From assembly GCA_963707985.1 (NCBI GenBank), contig CAVPRW010000002.1:96001-160000 (forward strand): 64,000 nucleotides of DNA, read 5' to 3'. A program made the translations under genes and the position numbers. This document shows positions 21,404 through 32,149 of this stretch, piece by piece (the first letter of the stretch is position 1; every line of letters begins with the position of its first letter). The notes under the pieces are model-generated. The model searched no databases. It was not told where the DNA came from and saw only the letters and a program-made list of their open reading frames with translations. The DNA is from an uncultured Nitrospinota bacterium (GTDB lineage Bacteria > Tectomicrobia > Entotheonellia > J063 > CAVPRW01).

Positions 21404-21733
21404 ATGTGGACGTGGCCATTTCTGGCGGAAGAGGCCAAGCAAAAGGTGATCCCTGTCACTACGGCTATCACACCAGTACAGATCACGGTGGCAGTTGGAA
21501 GGCCAGCGGAGGAAATCCTGCGTGTGGCGGGTGAGGAGAAGGTCGTCGGGGTGCCGCAGGCGTTCGGGCTAGTAATCGTCTTGACCGCCGGGGTCTTCTT
21601 CACGATCGGCGCCGCACGCTGCCGATGGTCCCCAACCCTATGGTGGCATTCAGGGCTGTCGACGCTAGGGATGGGCAGGACGGCGGTAGGGCTGGCCTAC
21701 GGCGTGGGCGCCTGGCTCAAAAACCTGCTCTAG
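21404..21733 (+). pseudogene. Chimeric remnants: universal stress protein piece plus VIT1/CCC1-like C-terminus
   Basis: VAVGRPAEEILRVA, then FFTIGAAR..W...WW.SGL.TL.MG..AVGLAYGVG. Confidence 0.5.
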
Positions 21734-21762
21734 GAATCCATACGAGGCAAGAAGCTTGGTGC

Positions 21763-22716
21763 TCAGCTCCCTTCAAAGAACCGACGCGGGTTCTCCACCG
21801 TGATCTGGTGGATGTCGTGGTCTGAGGCGCCCAGCTCCTGGAGACGTGGCAGCACTCGCCGGGAGATGAACGTATAGCCATCGGGGTTCGCCCGGCGGCG
21901 TGCCTCCTGGACCTCCACCCCGTATCGAGCCTTGGGGACCGAGTAATCGTGGGACAGCATGAGGCGATGGCTGTAGCCCGCGTCCATGAGTTGCTTGACG
22001 ATTGCGGTCCGTTGCTCCCAGTCGGGTGTGCCGGGGACACGTCCACCGGGGTAGCGGTCCATCCCTAACCACACGCCCTTCTCCAGCAGCCCCAGCAGGT
22101 AGCCCAGATCGGTGTCGTCGTTGCTGTGGCCGATGTAGACGCGCTGCAAGTCCACGCCCTCTTCCTCAAGAATCCGGACTTGCTGGTCTCCCACGCGGTC
22201 GGGCGACCACGTATGGGTGGAGATCGGGATGCCCGTGCGATGGTGTGTCCGTGCCGCAGCGCGCAGGATCACCTCCTGCGGTGGCGTAATCCCCCCACGG
22301 TCGCTGGCGACCTTGATGATGCCGGCTTTGATTCCGGTTCCCTCGATCCCTTCCTCGATTTCCCGGCTGTACAAGCGCGCGATGACATCCGGCGAGACCT
22401 CCCCGAAGGGACGCGGCACGGCCAGATGGTTACCGGTGGCGGCAATGAGGTGGACCCCGCTTCTCTTGGAGACTTCCTGGATCAGGCCGATATCCCGGCC
22501 GAGGTCAAATGTGCTCACCTCGACCATTGTCCGCACGCCTTCCTGGTATGCCTCGCGCATGGCCGCCACTGCTTGCTCGATCACGCCCGCGGGGTCGAGG
22601 AATTCCGGGTACGTGTGACGCAGGCCGGCAGCGTTAGTGCCCACATGCTCATGACTCAGGGTAAAGCCCAGGTCAGCCGTCTCCACTGGCCCTAATACGG
22701 TATTCACAGTTGGCAT
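21763..22716 (-). CDS. Phosphotriesterase-related metallohydrolase
   Basis: TVLGPV, TLSHEHV, GIIKVAS, ISTHT, IGHS and LSHD. Confidence 0.92.
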   Translation of the reverse strand: MPTVNTVLGPVETADLGFTLSHEHVGTNAAGLRHTYPEFLDPAGVIEQAVAAMREAYQEGVRTMVEVSTFDLGRDIGLIQEVSKRSGVHLIAATGNHLAVPRPFGEVSPDVIARLYSREIEEGIEGTGIKAGIIKVASDRGGITPPQEVILRAAARTHHRTGIPISTHTWSPDRVGDQQVRILEEEGVDLQRVYIGHSNDDTDLGYLLGLLEKGVWLGMDRYPGGRVPGTPDWEQRTAIVKQLMDAGYSHRLMLSHDYSVPKARYGVEVQEARRRANPDGYTFISRRVLPRLQELGASDHDIHQITVENPRRFFEGS

Positions 22717-22999
22717 GACACACCCTCCTCATACGGTTTCGACTCGTCTATGGGGGTTGGGCAACACCCCCCACTGGCCCTACGGGCTCCCGCGACCATG
22801 CCTCTGCCACCAACCTGCGGGACAAGAGTATCCCTTGGACTGTCCATCGCACCGACACTCATGGTCCAGAACACCCACGTGTCGGTGACCCATGTCTATG
22901 TCGATCATGCACGAGGTGTTCTCGAACGCGTGCCGCTGTTTCAGGCACTTCACACCGGCACAACCGTCGGATACGGTTGGCCGGAGCCCGCGCCTCCCG

Positions 23000-23437
23000 T
23001 TAGCTTCCCGGCTCTGCGACGAAGAGCGGGATCCGCCGTGTGGTCCGTGTCTGGTAGTCCGCATACGGGGGATACGCCGCGACGGCGAGCCCCCAGAGCC
23101 TCGCTCGCTCGGCCTCGTCCTTGACCTCGCGTACCCGCATCGCCTGCACCACGCTGTGGTCGCGGATCTCGACGGCCGGGTTGGCGCGCAAGTTGTACAC
23201 CCAGACCGGGTGCGTCGGCGCCCCGCCCTGTGACCCGACGAGAACGTAGTGGGCGCCGTCCTTGACGCGCATCAGCGGGGTCTTGCGGATCGCGCCGGTC
23301 TTCTTGCCGGTGTGGGTTACGATGATCACGGGCAGCCCGGTGTCACGGAGCGTGGTGCCGTCAGTCCCCCCACTGCGCTCGTAGAGCTCGACCTGGTCGC
23401 GCACCCACTCCCTGGGACTTGGAATGTATTCCGCCAT
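23000..23437 (-). CDS. Deazaflavin (F420)-dependent nitroreductase family protein
   Basis: GKKTGAIRKTPL, SQGGAPTHPVWVYNLRANP and YADYQTRTTRRIP. Confidence 0.9.
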   Translation of the reverse strand: MAEYIPSPREWVRDQVELYERSGGTDGTTLRDTGLPVIIVTHTGKKTGAIRKTPLMRVKDGAHYVLVGSQGGAPTHPVWVYNLRANPAVEIRDHSVVQAMRVREVKDEAERARLWGLAVAAYPPYADYQTRTTRRIPLFVAEPGS

Positions 23438-23850
23438 GCGAATCTCCTCGATATGGGGGAGGTGGTCCTCCCCGCCTGCAAAGGTCTTTGCCAACGATAA
23501 CGCGCGTGCCAAGCCCACAGGTGCTCTGGGGACTGGCCACGGCGCCCGACGTGTCTTGCCCGGCACGTGCGGGCGGTGCTGTTGCCTGGACCAGGGCTGG
23601 CATCGCCCTCGTGCAGCGCCTGGGGAAAGGCACATGATCACCTCCCAATCGCCGCCCTCATTGTCTTACAGACAGCGCCGCGACGCAAGCCAGAAACTCC
23701 GGGGAAAGTCCACACAGGGATGCCGCGTGTCCTCGGGAGTGTTGAGGGAGGGCACAGCACTGTACTGCTTCCCGTCAATCAAGCGGCGAGGAAGGGAGGA
23801 CTGTGGCTCCTGTCGTCGTCCCGCTCTCAAACGGGTTGGGGGTGTTGTCC

Positions 23851-25351
23851 CATAGGCGCGTACTTAAGGTTATTCCCTCAGCGCGCCCCCGTCATGCCGC
23901 CTCCTGCTCGATGGCGGGCAACACGAGTGCGCGACCTGTGAGCCAAGCGCGTATGGTTGTTTCCTGAGGCTCTCGGCGGCGCGGGCTGAGCACCACAAAG
24001 CGACGCAAGCGGGGCAAGCATGTCTGCACCCGCGCCTGCGACCACGTGCCATAGACTTGCTGCCGCAGGGTATCGAGGCCGAGGCCGGTCAGCAACCAAC
24101 TACTGACCGGCATGGGCGCCATGGGCGTGTCGGTGGGCAGATGAGCCCGGATCGTGGCCATCGCCTCTTCTGGCAAGGCCCAGGCCATGAGCAACGCCCG
24201 CACAGTGGCTTCCACACTGGTGGGATGTGACGTCGGATGTGATTGAGTCGGAGCAACTGTTTCATCCGTTTACACACCAGTTCCACTTGCCAGCGCGCCC
24301 GATACAGGCGCAGGACGTCGACCGAGCGGCCAGGCGGTGGCGGCCAGCGTGGTGACGAGCAGCACCCCATCCGCCAGGAGTAACGCCGTCGCGCTCGGCG
24401 TCCGCCCCTTCTTTTGTGCCTTGTGCCGCACCCGTCGCCGGGCAATGGCCGCGGCAGCGGGTGGGAGCTGCGCCGCCAACAGTCGGACGGCATCGCGCTG
24501 GTGCTCGCCAGGCACACCAGCCGTGCCACTCCCGCGTGGCCTGGCCTGGCGTCCGCAGCCATGGTACGACCTCGAAGGCCTCGCCCGCCGCTGTTTCAAG
24601 TGGGAAGGTGGCGGGTGTGACCCGCCGCACGACGTCCGCCTGCTGGCGCGTCGCGCTGGCGACGCTCATACGGTCACCATCGCCGTTGTCGGCGACCGCG
24701 ATGTCACCGGGCGGCAGGGCAAAGGGGACTAGACTTTCGCCCTCCTACCGATCCGTCACACGGACCTGTGCGAGCCGGCCAGCGGTGAAGTCATACGCCA
24801 GATGCAGCCGCCAGTCGTCCCCCGTGCCGCCCAGCTGCCGGAGCGTGCTGGCCTCCACGAGCAGAACACGGCCCCGAGGACAGGATGGATGCGGGTCGAC
24901 TCGCCCTCGGGGTGGCCACCAAGGCGCTAAGGAGCCAGAGCCACCAGGGATGACAGGCCGCAGCCGCGTGCGCCAGGCGGCCTCGGAGATATCCGCGAGC
25001 CCGATCAGCACGGCCCAAGCGCCAAGACGCCGGGTCGACAGGGCGCCCAGGACATAGGCCAGCACCGCCCGCAACAGGTCGACAGGGGTGGCGAGGCCGC
25101 GCACACGTTGGAAGGCTTTATACGTGCGGGCCTGTGCCGCGAGATCCGCGGGCAACCGTGGCACCACCTCACGTCGTCCACGTATCCTCCACGAGCGCCA
25201 GTGGTGCCTCGACGGTACGGTCGGTATGATGGGGTCAAGACCAGCATAGACACCTCCTGAAGATGGTCATGGTGTGGCAACCATCATCTTACCGGAACGC
25301 CTGTGCTGGTCCCAGTGTCAATTGTTCGAGGCGCTTAAGTTCGCGCCTATG
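23851..25351 (-). mobile_element. IS4-family insertion sequence (1501 bp) with multiply frameshifted transposase
   Basis: 18-bp terminal inverted repeats CATAGGCGCG(T/A)ACTTAAG, 10-bp direct repeats GGTGTTGTCC (23841-50 and 25352-61), and the signature LYRARWQVELVCKRMKQ. Confidence 0.9.
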
Positions 25352-25750
25352 GGTGTTGTCCCCCAGGGACGCATGCAGATCATGCGCGTGGGCGGCCAAT
25401 TGGCGTCGCGGCATGGCTGACCTTCTGCGGTGTCAGCCACAGTAGACTCCGTTCCGGTGTCTCGTGTCTTCACGGGGAGCACTATAGGGTCGATCTCTTC
25501 GCCCTCGAGGTGGAAGATACACAGACCATGAAGGCGAGATTGTCGAGGCGTTCACTATCGGTCAGCAAGAGACCGGCAAGGCAACGCTTGTAGGGGTGAG
25601 AGAACGAAACGTGAAGAATTTCAGACGAGAAGCTGTAATGCATTGACGAAGGCAGAGTTACGCGACTCGTAGTGAATGGATCATCTATGCTAGGTTAGCG
25701 GCCGCAGGTAGAACTACATGCCGTTCGTAGTAGCTTCGTTCTCACTGGAC

Positions 25751-26680
25751 CTAGTTCCAGGGTGATGTCAGGCCAAATATGCGCAGCTTGGCCTCTAGTT
25801 CTGTCCGCTCGCGATTACGAGCGAGGCTACCATCCTTTCGGCGGTTAAGCAGACCGTACCTGGTAGCGAGGTTACGGGCGTGCTCTGGGGCTTTCGAGTT
25901 CAGGGCTCCGATGATCTCAGCTTCGATGCGCGAAAGTTGCACGGCGTGCTGTCGGTAGTCAAGGAACGCTTCCCAGACGATTGGCACCCATTTCGCGACG
26001 ATTTCCTCCCCGATGATTATGGCGTACGCGCGAATTTCCCGTTGTGCATGTTCATCCATTCTCAGATGGAGGAAGTGGAGAAGATTGTGGAGATCAATCT
26101 TCCAGTACGCTTCGGTATACGTCGAGAGCGGGATCCTTCCGCGCCTGTTCGCGCGCAACGCCAGCCGCTATGCGCGCCTCGTAGACTGCGCGCGCCTTTT
26201 CCTGTAGCTCTTGCTCTGCAGCTGAGAGACACTCCCCGAGGTCGGTTGGCAAGGTGCCACTACTGCCTTGCCGATTCACCGTCGACTGCCTACGCCACTC
26301 GTCTGACGGGGTGCGCTGTGCAGCATCAATGGCAACTGAGTAGCGTGTCGAATACTCATTCACGTTCGCTGTACGGTGACGAATCCACTGGCGCCATGCG
26401 TCCATGGGCACGCGAACGTGAAGTTTGATCTCACACATCTCGAATGGCGTGGGTGTGCAAGTGTCGCATGAGATACCGAATTAAGGCCACGGTCCTCGTG
26501 TACACGCTTGGTCCCAGCTCCGTATGAGATTCGCGCGGCCTGCACGACGGCGGCATCATCTCCCATATAGTCGAGTAGGCGAACGAATCCGTCGTCAAGG
26601 ACGCGAAACGGCTGGCCGAGGATCGTATCCAGCGCAGGGACACTCGGCCGCGTCAAGCGTTCCGGGACCTGTCGCGCCTC
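25751..26680 (-). CDS. thyX: Flavin-dependent thymidylate synthase, two apparent frameshifts, start uncertain
   Basis: [72 protein letters not shown] and HAQREIR. Confidence 0.9.
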
Positions 26681-26742
26681 CTGATTCAGGCACGTCCGAG
26701 GCGCTTTTGCTTGAATCGGGGTTCGCACTCAATGACCCATCT

Positions 26743-27610
26743 TCAAGCTTCACGGTATAGTCGCTCTCCGTATACCTTGATCAAGATACGTAAGGTCTCT
26801 CTGTAATCACGAGTGGAAGCCATATGGTCTTCTCGCTGCTGCAGCGCATCCAAAGTTGGGCGATTGAGCTCGTCTATCGCCTGCGTCCTCCACTTGTTTT
26901 TTGGTGCAGGCGGCACACCATGAATAAGTTCCGTGTAGGCAGGCTGCAACTCTTGAATCAGATTACTGAGTTGCACAGGATCAAATGATGGAAACGCCAC
27001 AAGTCTGATCGCCTCGCCCAGCATGGATACTGAGGCTAGTTCTGGTGTCGAAGCCACTTCAAATATGCCGGAAGAGATATAACTCAGCACCGGCTCACTA
27101 TCAACGCTCTGCCGATCTTGTGCGAATTTCTCTCGAGTGGTGGGATACTCCTGCGCTTCACCATAGATGATAGTAACCTCACGATTCTGAGACTCCATCA
27201 ATAGGGCTACGAGTGTTTGGACAATGAGTAGTCGCGACATACCAGAGATATCAACGAACACGTGTTCAAAGTCCCGCGTAAAGTGCTTTAATTCTTCGCC
27301 AATGCCTGCTGGGTTCTCGCGGTCGTACACAAACTCTGTGATCTGGAGATGGGCATCTCGACCAATGTGACGAAGCTCGTCAGTCCGATTTTGCGGGTAC
27401 ATAGGCCGATAGGTTACCAAGCCAAGAGCGAAACCAGAGTACCCCGCCGTACAGGTTCGGTGTAGTACTTCGATCGAACGATCTTCAAAGCCACCACACA
27501 CCAACAAACAGTCACCGCTCCCAATCCGTGGGTGTTTTGATCCGTTGTAAATCGGGCCATTGAACGTTTGATAAACGCTCGTCGGCCCTTTGTATACGAT
27601 TACTAATCAT
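26743..27610 (-). CDS. Hypothetical protein with tandem Rossmann/CARF-like features; frameshift near the N-terminus, possibly C-terminally truncated
   Basis: GGFEDRS, VFVDISGMSR, IIYGEAQEY and HGVPP; ATG at 27610 lies 4 nt after the upstream stop. Confidence 0.6.
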
Positions 27611-27614
27611 ACGC

Positions 27615-30142
27615 CTACTCTTCCTGGAACAATTCGGTTTGATTTGGATTCTGGATCCGTATACGTCGGCGTGCGGCATCATCCTCAGACTTCAGTCTCA
27701 TTTTATCCTCGAATTGTTGAGGTTGACACAAAAGCATCTCAATCTGGTCATTTTCCAATTCAAGAGAATCGCGTCGACTGAACGTGAGGCGGAAATGGGG
27801 GACCAAATAACGTCGCAGGTAATATCGGGGGACGATCTTCCCCCGTCTTGACTCATGCCACGTGGATCTTCAATAAGCACTGAATACCGTAACAGCTCGT
27901 TCAGAATCTCTCGCGCATCGTCGGACAGATGGAGAGCATCGTATGGCTCGATCCGCGACGCTTGGTGAGGTGGTTGACTCGTTTCGTTCTTTGCTGTTTC
28001 GTACATGAGATAAGAATGCGCTACGTTGCCGAATGCGGTCACAACCTCCGCTGAGCTGTGTGCCCCATCGGGGCAATGTGCGTACGGACTCCATGAAGAC
28101 ACCCGCAGCCGCGCGTATAGAATCGTGTTGTCGCCGCTGGTGGTATGCGCGGTATAGCATCAGAGGCTGCCAGACAGTCGCGACCGCCATAATCCTCCAC
28201 CATCCTGCTGACCAGACGAATCATATAGTGGATGTCACCGCTACACATAGCAGCAACGGTCTCGCAGCCCGCATAATTTCGACTCCTGGCGCTGATGTTG
28301 CCGGAAAGCGCGGGCAGTGTCGTTTTCGTTACGCGGTATCGACCCTAGCAGCTCTGTCAGAGTTTGGAACCGGATATCCCTCAACCTCGTGGAAGCGACG
28401 ATTGAAAAGCTCCTCAAGGAATGCAAGCGCCCGCTTCGGCCCATCGGTAAGGTACCGTAAGCCCAGATTCAGCAAATCGTATTCCCTTGACTCGATGAAC
28501 CGTTTCCCATCGACGTCCTGACGCGCGAAGGAGACCGGGCTCTTGTCGAGAGTTTGAAAAAGACATCGGCGCTCTACGATACATAAGTAACCGATTAAGA
28601 TTCGCTTGCAAATCCTCTGTAATTTTCGGATGCGAATAGTCGTCGATAAAATAATAAATGCAACGGTTTTCCAAGAAAGAAAAGTGATCCCGAATAGCCT
28701 CACAAGCCTTCAGCATCACTTCTGGACCAAAATAGGCCTGGATAGGTTCGGTCGGTACATGCACAAAACGTTGCTTCTCCGCCGCTCGTTTCCTTTCCTT
28801 CGTGACCAATTTATCAATCAGGGTCGCCAAACGATTGGCACTTGGACTATCGGGAGGCTTGGGTAAATCGAGAAAGCTCCCACAAGCTGGCAACGAGTGA
28901 CTCCTCTTTTCTTCTTGAACTCTATTAGAGAAATGCTCTCATTGCCCATGCACCTATCTGCTTCAGGGTAGTTGCAAGCAACGTGACAGTCAAGAAATGC
29001 ATCGGCACATCTAGCGCTTCGGGACGATCAGGACGTTTGTACCTTGGGAAGGAGAAATACAGATCGTCACATCTGTAATAGATGCCAATGTAGTCAATAC
29101 TGTTTGGCTGATCATTACCTGTAGAGATCAGGTATTCAAGACTCAGCGCGCGGAAGACCGTCGGTTTTACCACATCCGCGCGGCCCAAGTGAGCACGAGA
29201 TTGGATCGTCTCTGAATTTCCGACAAGCCGAGGACCCGATCGGAGTATAGGCTCTTGAGCAACAAATGGGAATTACCCATCTGCTCACAGTTGGGATAAT
29301 CGAAAGGTGTGACGAGCTTTGCGACGGTTTGCGCCTTTGCCGCGGCTCGATACGCATCGTCCAAAGAGTCGAGTTTGTCCAGAAGCGCACGAGGATTGCA
29401 GGCCAATGGATCGGCAACCGTGTCGGTTTCAATCAGATGGCGTTCTAAGAAATCGTGGCGGAGGCTCTCGCGGACGTACCGATCCCGCCCCTCACAATCG
29501 CGATACTCTATACATTCAAGCAACTGTCTGAGTGTGTCCGCTGTGTAAAGATAGTCGCTTGCATGGGCCGCGTGCCCGGTCAATGTCCGCACGCCGAAGT
29601 CGGTGACGCGGAAGGTTGTTCGGTGATAAATATCAAACTCGGCTTGCGCAACGAGTACATTCCCCGCATGCAAATCGCCGTGTTGTTCTCCGCGTTGCTG
29701 CAGCTCATACAAGAGCTCAAACATTGTCCGCAAAAAGCTCTCAACGAACGGTAAGTTGACCTCTGAGTGGTGCTCCTTCATATACGCGCGAAGGTTCTTG
29801 CCTTTCACATAGTGGTACACAAAAACAAGACACTCCCAATCTCTTCGGAGCCAGAGCATGGTCCATCGTATGGGACGACATCGACGCACCGCACAACAGC
29901 TGGGTGCAGAGCAGGTTGGCTTTTTTGGCCTCATTCAAATAGGCGTACTGATCGTCGCTATTGCGTGGGAGGTTATCGACTGGGACAATTTTAAACGCAA
30001 GCTCACTGTTCGTCGATGCGTCAAACGCATAGAACAGATGGCCATTATTGCCAGAGTCGACATGCTCCCGCATCACATGATTCGGGAATCGGCTTATGGA
30101 CTTGCCGAGAAACAGCTCTACTTTGGGGAGATTGCGACGCAT
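27615..30142 (-). CDS. Protein-kinase-domain plus P-loop (ORC/Cdc6/STAND-like) ATPase fusion, reconstructed across about 8 frameshifts
   Basis: Consecutive fragments: SGNNG, AFK, HGDLHAGNVL, TDFG (kinase); GPRGCGKT (Walker A); YYFIDDYS (Walker B); CSGDIHYMIRL. Confidence 0.75.
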
Positions 30143-30144
30143 GC

Positions 30145-31287
30145 TCAGTCTTTCCGGAAGACAAGGATATTCTCTCGCCTTACCCCGGCGAGGTGTCGTC
30201 GTGAGCGCCGGATGTCAGGGATGATATCACTAATGACGTGATCGAGACGCAAGGTCGAGGCGTGTTGTGCGAAAATCTTTGTCAACACCTCAGACGGAAA
30301 TCGATCACCCTTTCGAGTCGTCCGCTCACCGACGACAAAAACACAATAACCGCCCGGCCGAACCTTCTCTGGCAATTGTTGAGCGAGCGCATGGATCGCA
30401 CTTATATAACCATCGAGACCCGTAAGCGCCCTGTCCAGAGACTCCAGGTAGGGTTCGCCTAGAAACCAGAGTCGTAGACGGTTGTCGCGGCCATAATCCA
30501 GGGTGTTCATATAGGGTGGACTTGTGATGACACAATCGATACCATCAGGAAGATTGACAGATTCAACAGAGGATTGGCGAATGTTTTCGATGAATCCGAC
30601 TAACGCGTGTGTCGGTGGGCGTTTCAGCGCACGTGCGACTTTTGCTCTCAGGCGCGGCGCAAGCGGGCGATATTCATAGAGGTCAGGGTATTCCGCTTGA
30701 GGAAACTTGTTTGACCGTAAGTAGGGAACGAGGTGACTACTTGGAAACGAGAGGAATCCAGGTCTCTGATGGTGGAGAATGCCAAGCATAGAGGCCAGCA
30801 GGAAAGATTTACGCTCGCGTTGAACAAATTCAGTAAATCGTAGCGCTTCCTTGAGCGTGTGCGGATGGAAAAAGGCGCGTACCCATGGTGGGACACAGCG
30901 AAGGTCCGGCATCGGGAATGCATCGACACGCTGCAGAAGGTCCTCAAGCTCCGCAAGCGCGGCTTCGCTTGTCATTGGCGCCTGAAGCTTGCCTTGAGTC
31001 AACGTCACCGCATAGATGCTCGTATCAGAAGCAAAGACACGTCGTCCGAGGCGTGCCGCTTCGAGTGGTACAGTCCCACTGCCACAGAACATATCGGCCA
31101 CCAGCTCACCGGGCTGGCTGTACCTCAGGATGAGGTCTTGGGTAATAGAGCTCTTGAGCTTCCCTATGTACGGCGACAGTTGATGCAACGAGCACTCCTG
31201 ATGTGTGCAGGGCTCAGCCCAGTGCGGAGGTGCAGGGGAGGGCATGGCCATGAGCTCGTCATAGTGCGTCATAGGGTTCATGCTCAC
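30145..31287 (-). CDS. DNA methyltransferase, probably N4-cytosine (motif I before SPPY)
   Basis: HQLSPYIGK, DMFCGSGTVPLEA and VITSPPY; intact ORF. Confidence 0.88.
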   Translation of the reverse strand: MSMNPMTHYDELMAMPSPAPPHWAEPCTHQECSLHQLSPYIGKLKSSITQDLILRYSQPGELVADMFCGSGTVPLEAARLGRRVFASDTSIYAVTLTQGKLQAPMTSEAALAELEDLLQRVDAFPMPDLRCVPPWVRAFFHPHTLKEALRFTEFVQRERKSFLLASMLGILHHQRPGFLSFPSSHLVPYLRSNKFPQAEYPDLYEYRPLAPRLRAKVARALKRPPTHALVGFIENIRQSSVESVNLPDGIDCVITSPPYMNTLDYGRDNRLRLWFLGEPYLESLDRALTGLDGYISAIHALAQQLPEKVRPGGYCVFVVGERTTRKGDRFPSEVLTKIFAQHASTLRLDHVISDIIPDIRRSRRHLAGVRRENILVFRKD

Positions 31288-31384
31288 ATGGTTACCCCTC
31301 TTTGGAGCAGTTGCCCCAGCCCATCCTCGTGAAAGCCAGAAGGCTATCAAGGTGCTTTTCCGGGTGAGGGTTCAGCGTTTCATT

Positions 31385-31789
31385 CTAAACCAACCAGTTT
31401 TCAACCTGGAGAGCTGGAATACGCTCGAAATGGCGCACATTCCCCGTCACAACCGTATACTCCCGGACAAGGGCGGTTGCACCAATGAGCACGTCTTCCA
31501 CACCAATCAGCTCGCCGCGCCGTGCCAAATGGGCAAGAATGTCTCCCGCGACTACTGCCTCGGAGACGCTAAAATCGAGGATGGTCACCCGGGACAAAAC
31601 CTCGTGGGTGATCCGCTGCCAGAAGACCGCGTGATCCTCACGCCGGCGGCTCCCATGGCGCAGTTCCATCACACAGATGCTCGAGGTGAAAAACATTTCA
31701 GGTGGATGGCGCCGTAGACGCGTGAGAAACTGGGGCTTCGGGCGCTTCTTGAGCAGTTCACTCAAGGCGTTGGTATCCAGTAGATACAT
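31385..31789 (-). CDS. vapC: PIN-domain VapC toxin
   Basis: YLLDTNALSE, DVLIGATA and VTGNVRHF. Confidence 0.92.
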   Translation of the reverse strand: MYLLDTNALSELLKKRPKPQFLTRLRRHPPEMFFTSSICVMELRHGSRRREDHAVFWQRITHEVLSRVTILDFSVSEAVVAGDILAHLARRGELIGVEDVLIGATALVREYTVVTGNVRHFERIPALQVENWLV

Positions 31790-31793
31790 ACAG

Positions 31794-32093
31794 CTAGTGC
31801 TCTTCCGGCCGCAGCGCACGTGGGTGATGGGTCTCCCGGTCTGCTACGATGGTGTCGATCGTCGTAAAAAAGGGGTCATCGTCCTCCAGCCATCCCTGAG
31901 CATCGGCGACGTGCGGGGCAGCGGCGTCCGCGTCGACGGGGACGAGTCGAGCCATCGGTTTGCCGCGTCGCGTAATGGTGATCGTTTCCCCACCATAGGC
32001 CACACGCCCTAAGAGATCCGCAAAGTGACGCTTGGCGTCTGCCACATTAACAGTAACAGTAGTTGTCTTGGGCATCCGTGCCTCCTTCGTCAT
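31794..32093 (-). CDS. Phd/YefM family antitoxin
   Basis: VNVADAKRHFADLL and ITRRGKPMARLVP. Confidence 0.9.
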   Translation of the reverse strand: MTKEARMPKTTTVTVNVADAKRHFADLLGRVAYGGETITITRRGKPMARLVPVDADAAAPHVADAQGWLEDDDPFFTTIDTIVADRETHHPRALRPEEH

Positions 32094-32149
32094 GAGATCA
32101 TTATGACTATTATAACCTTTATGATCTCATCTTGTCACTCAGGAAAGCG

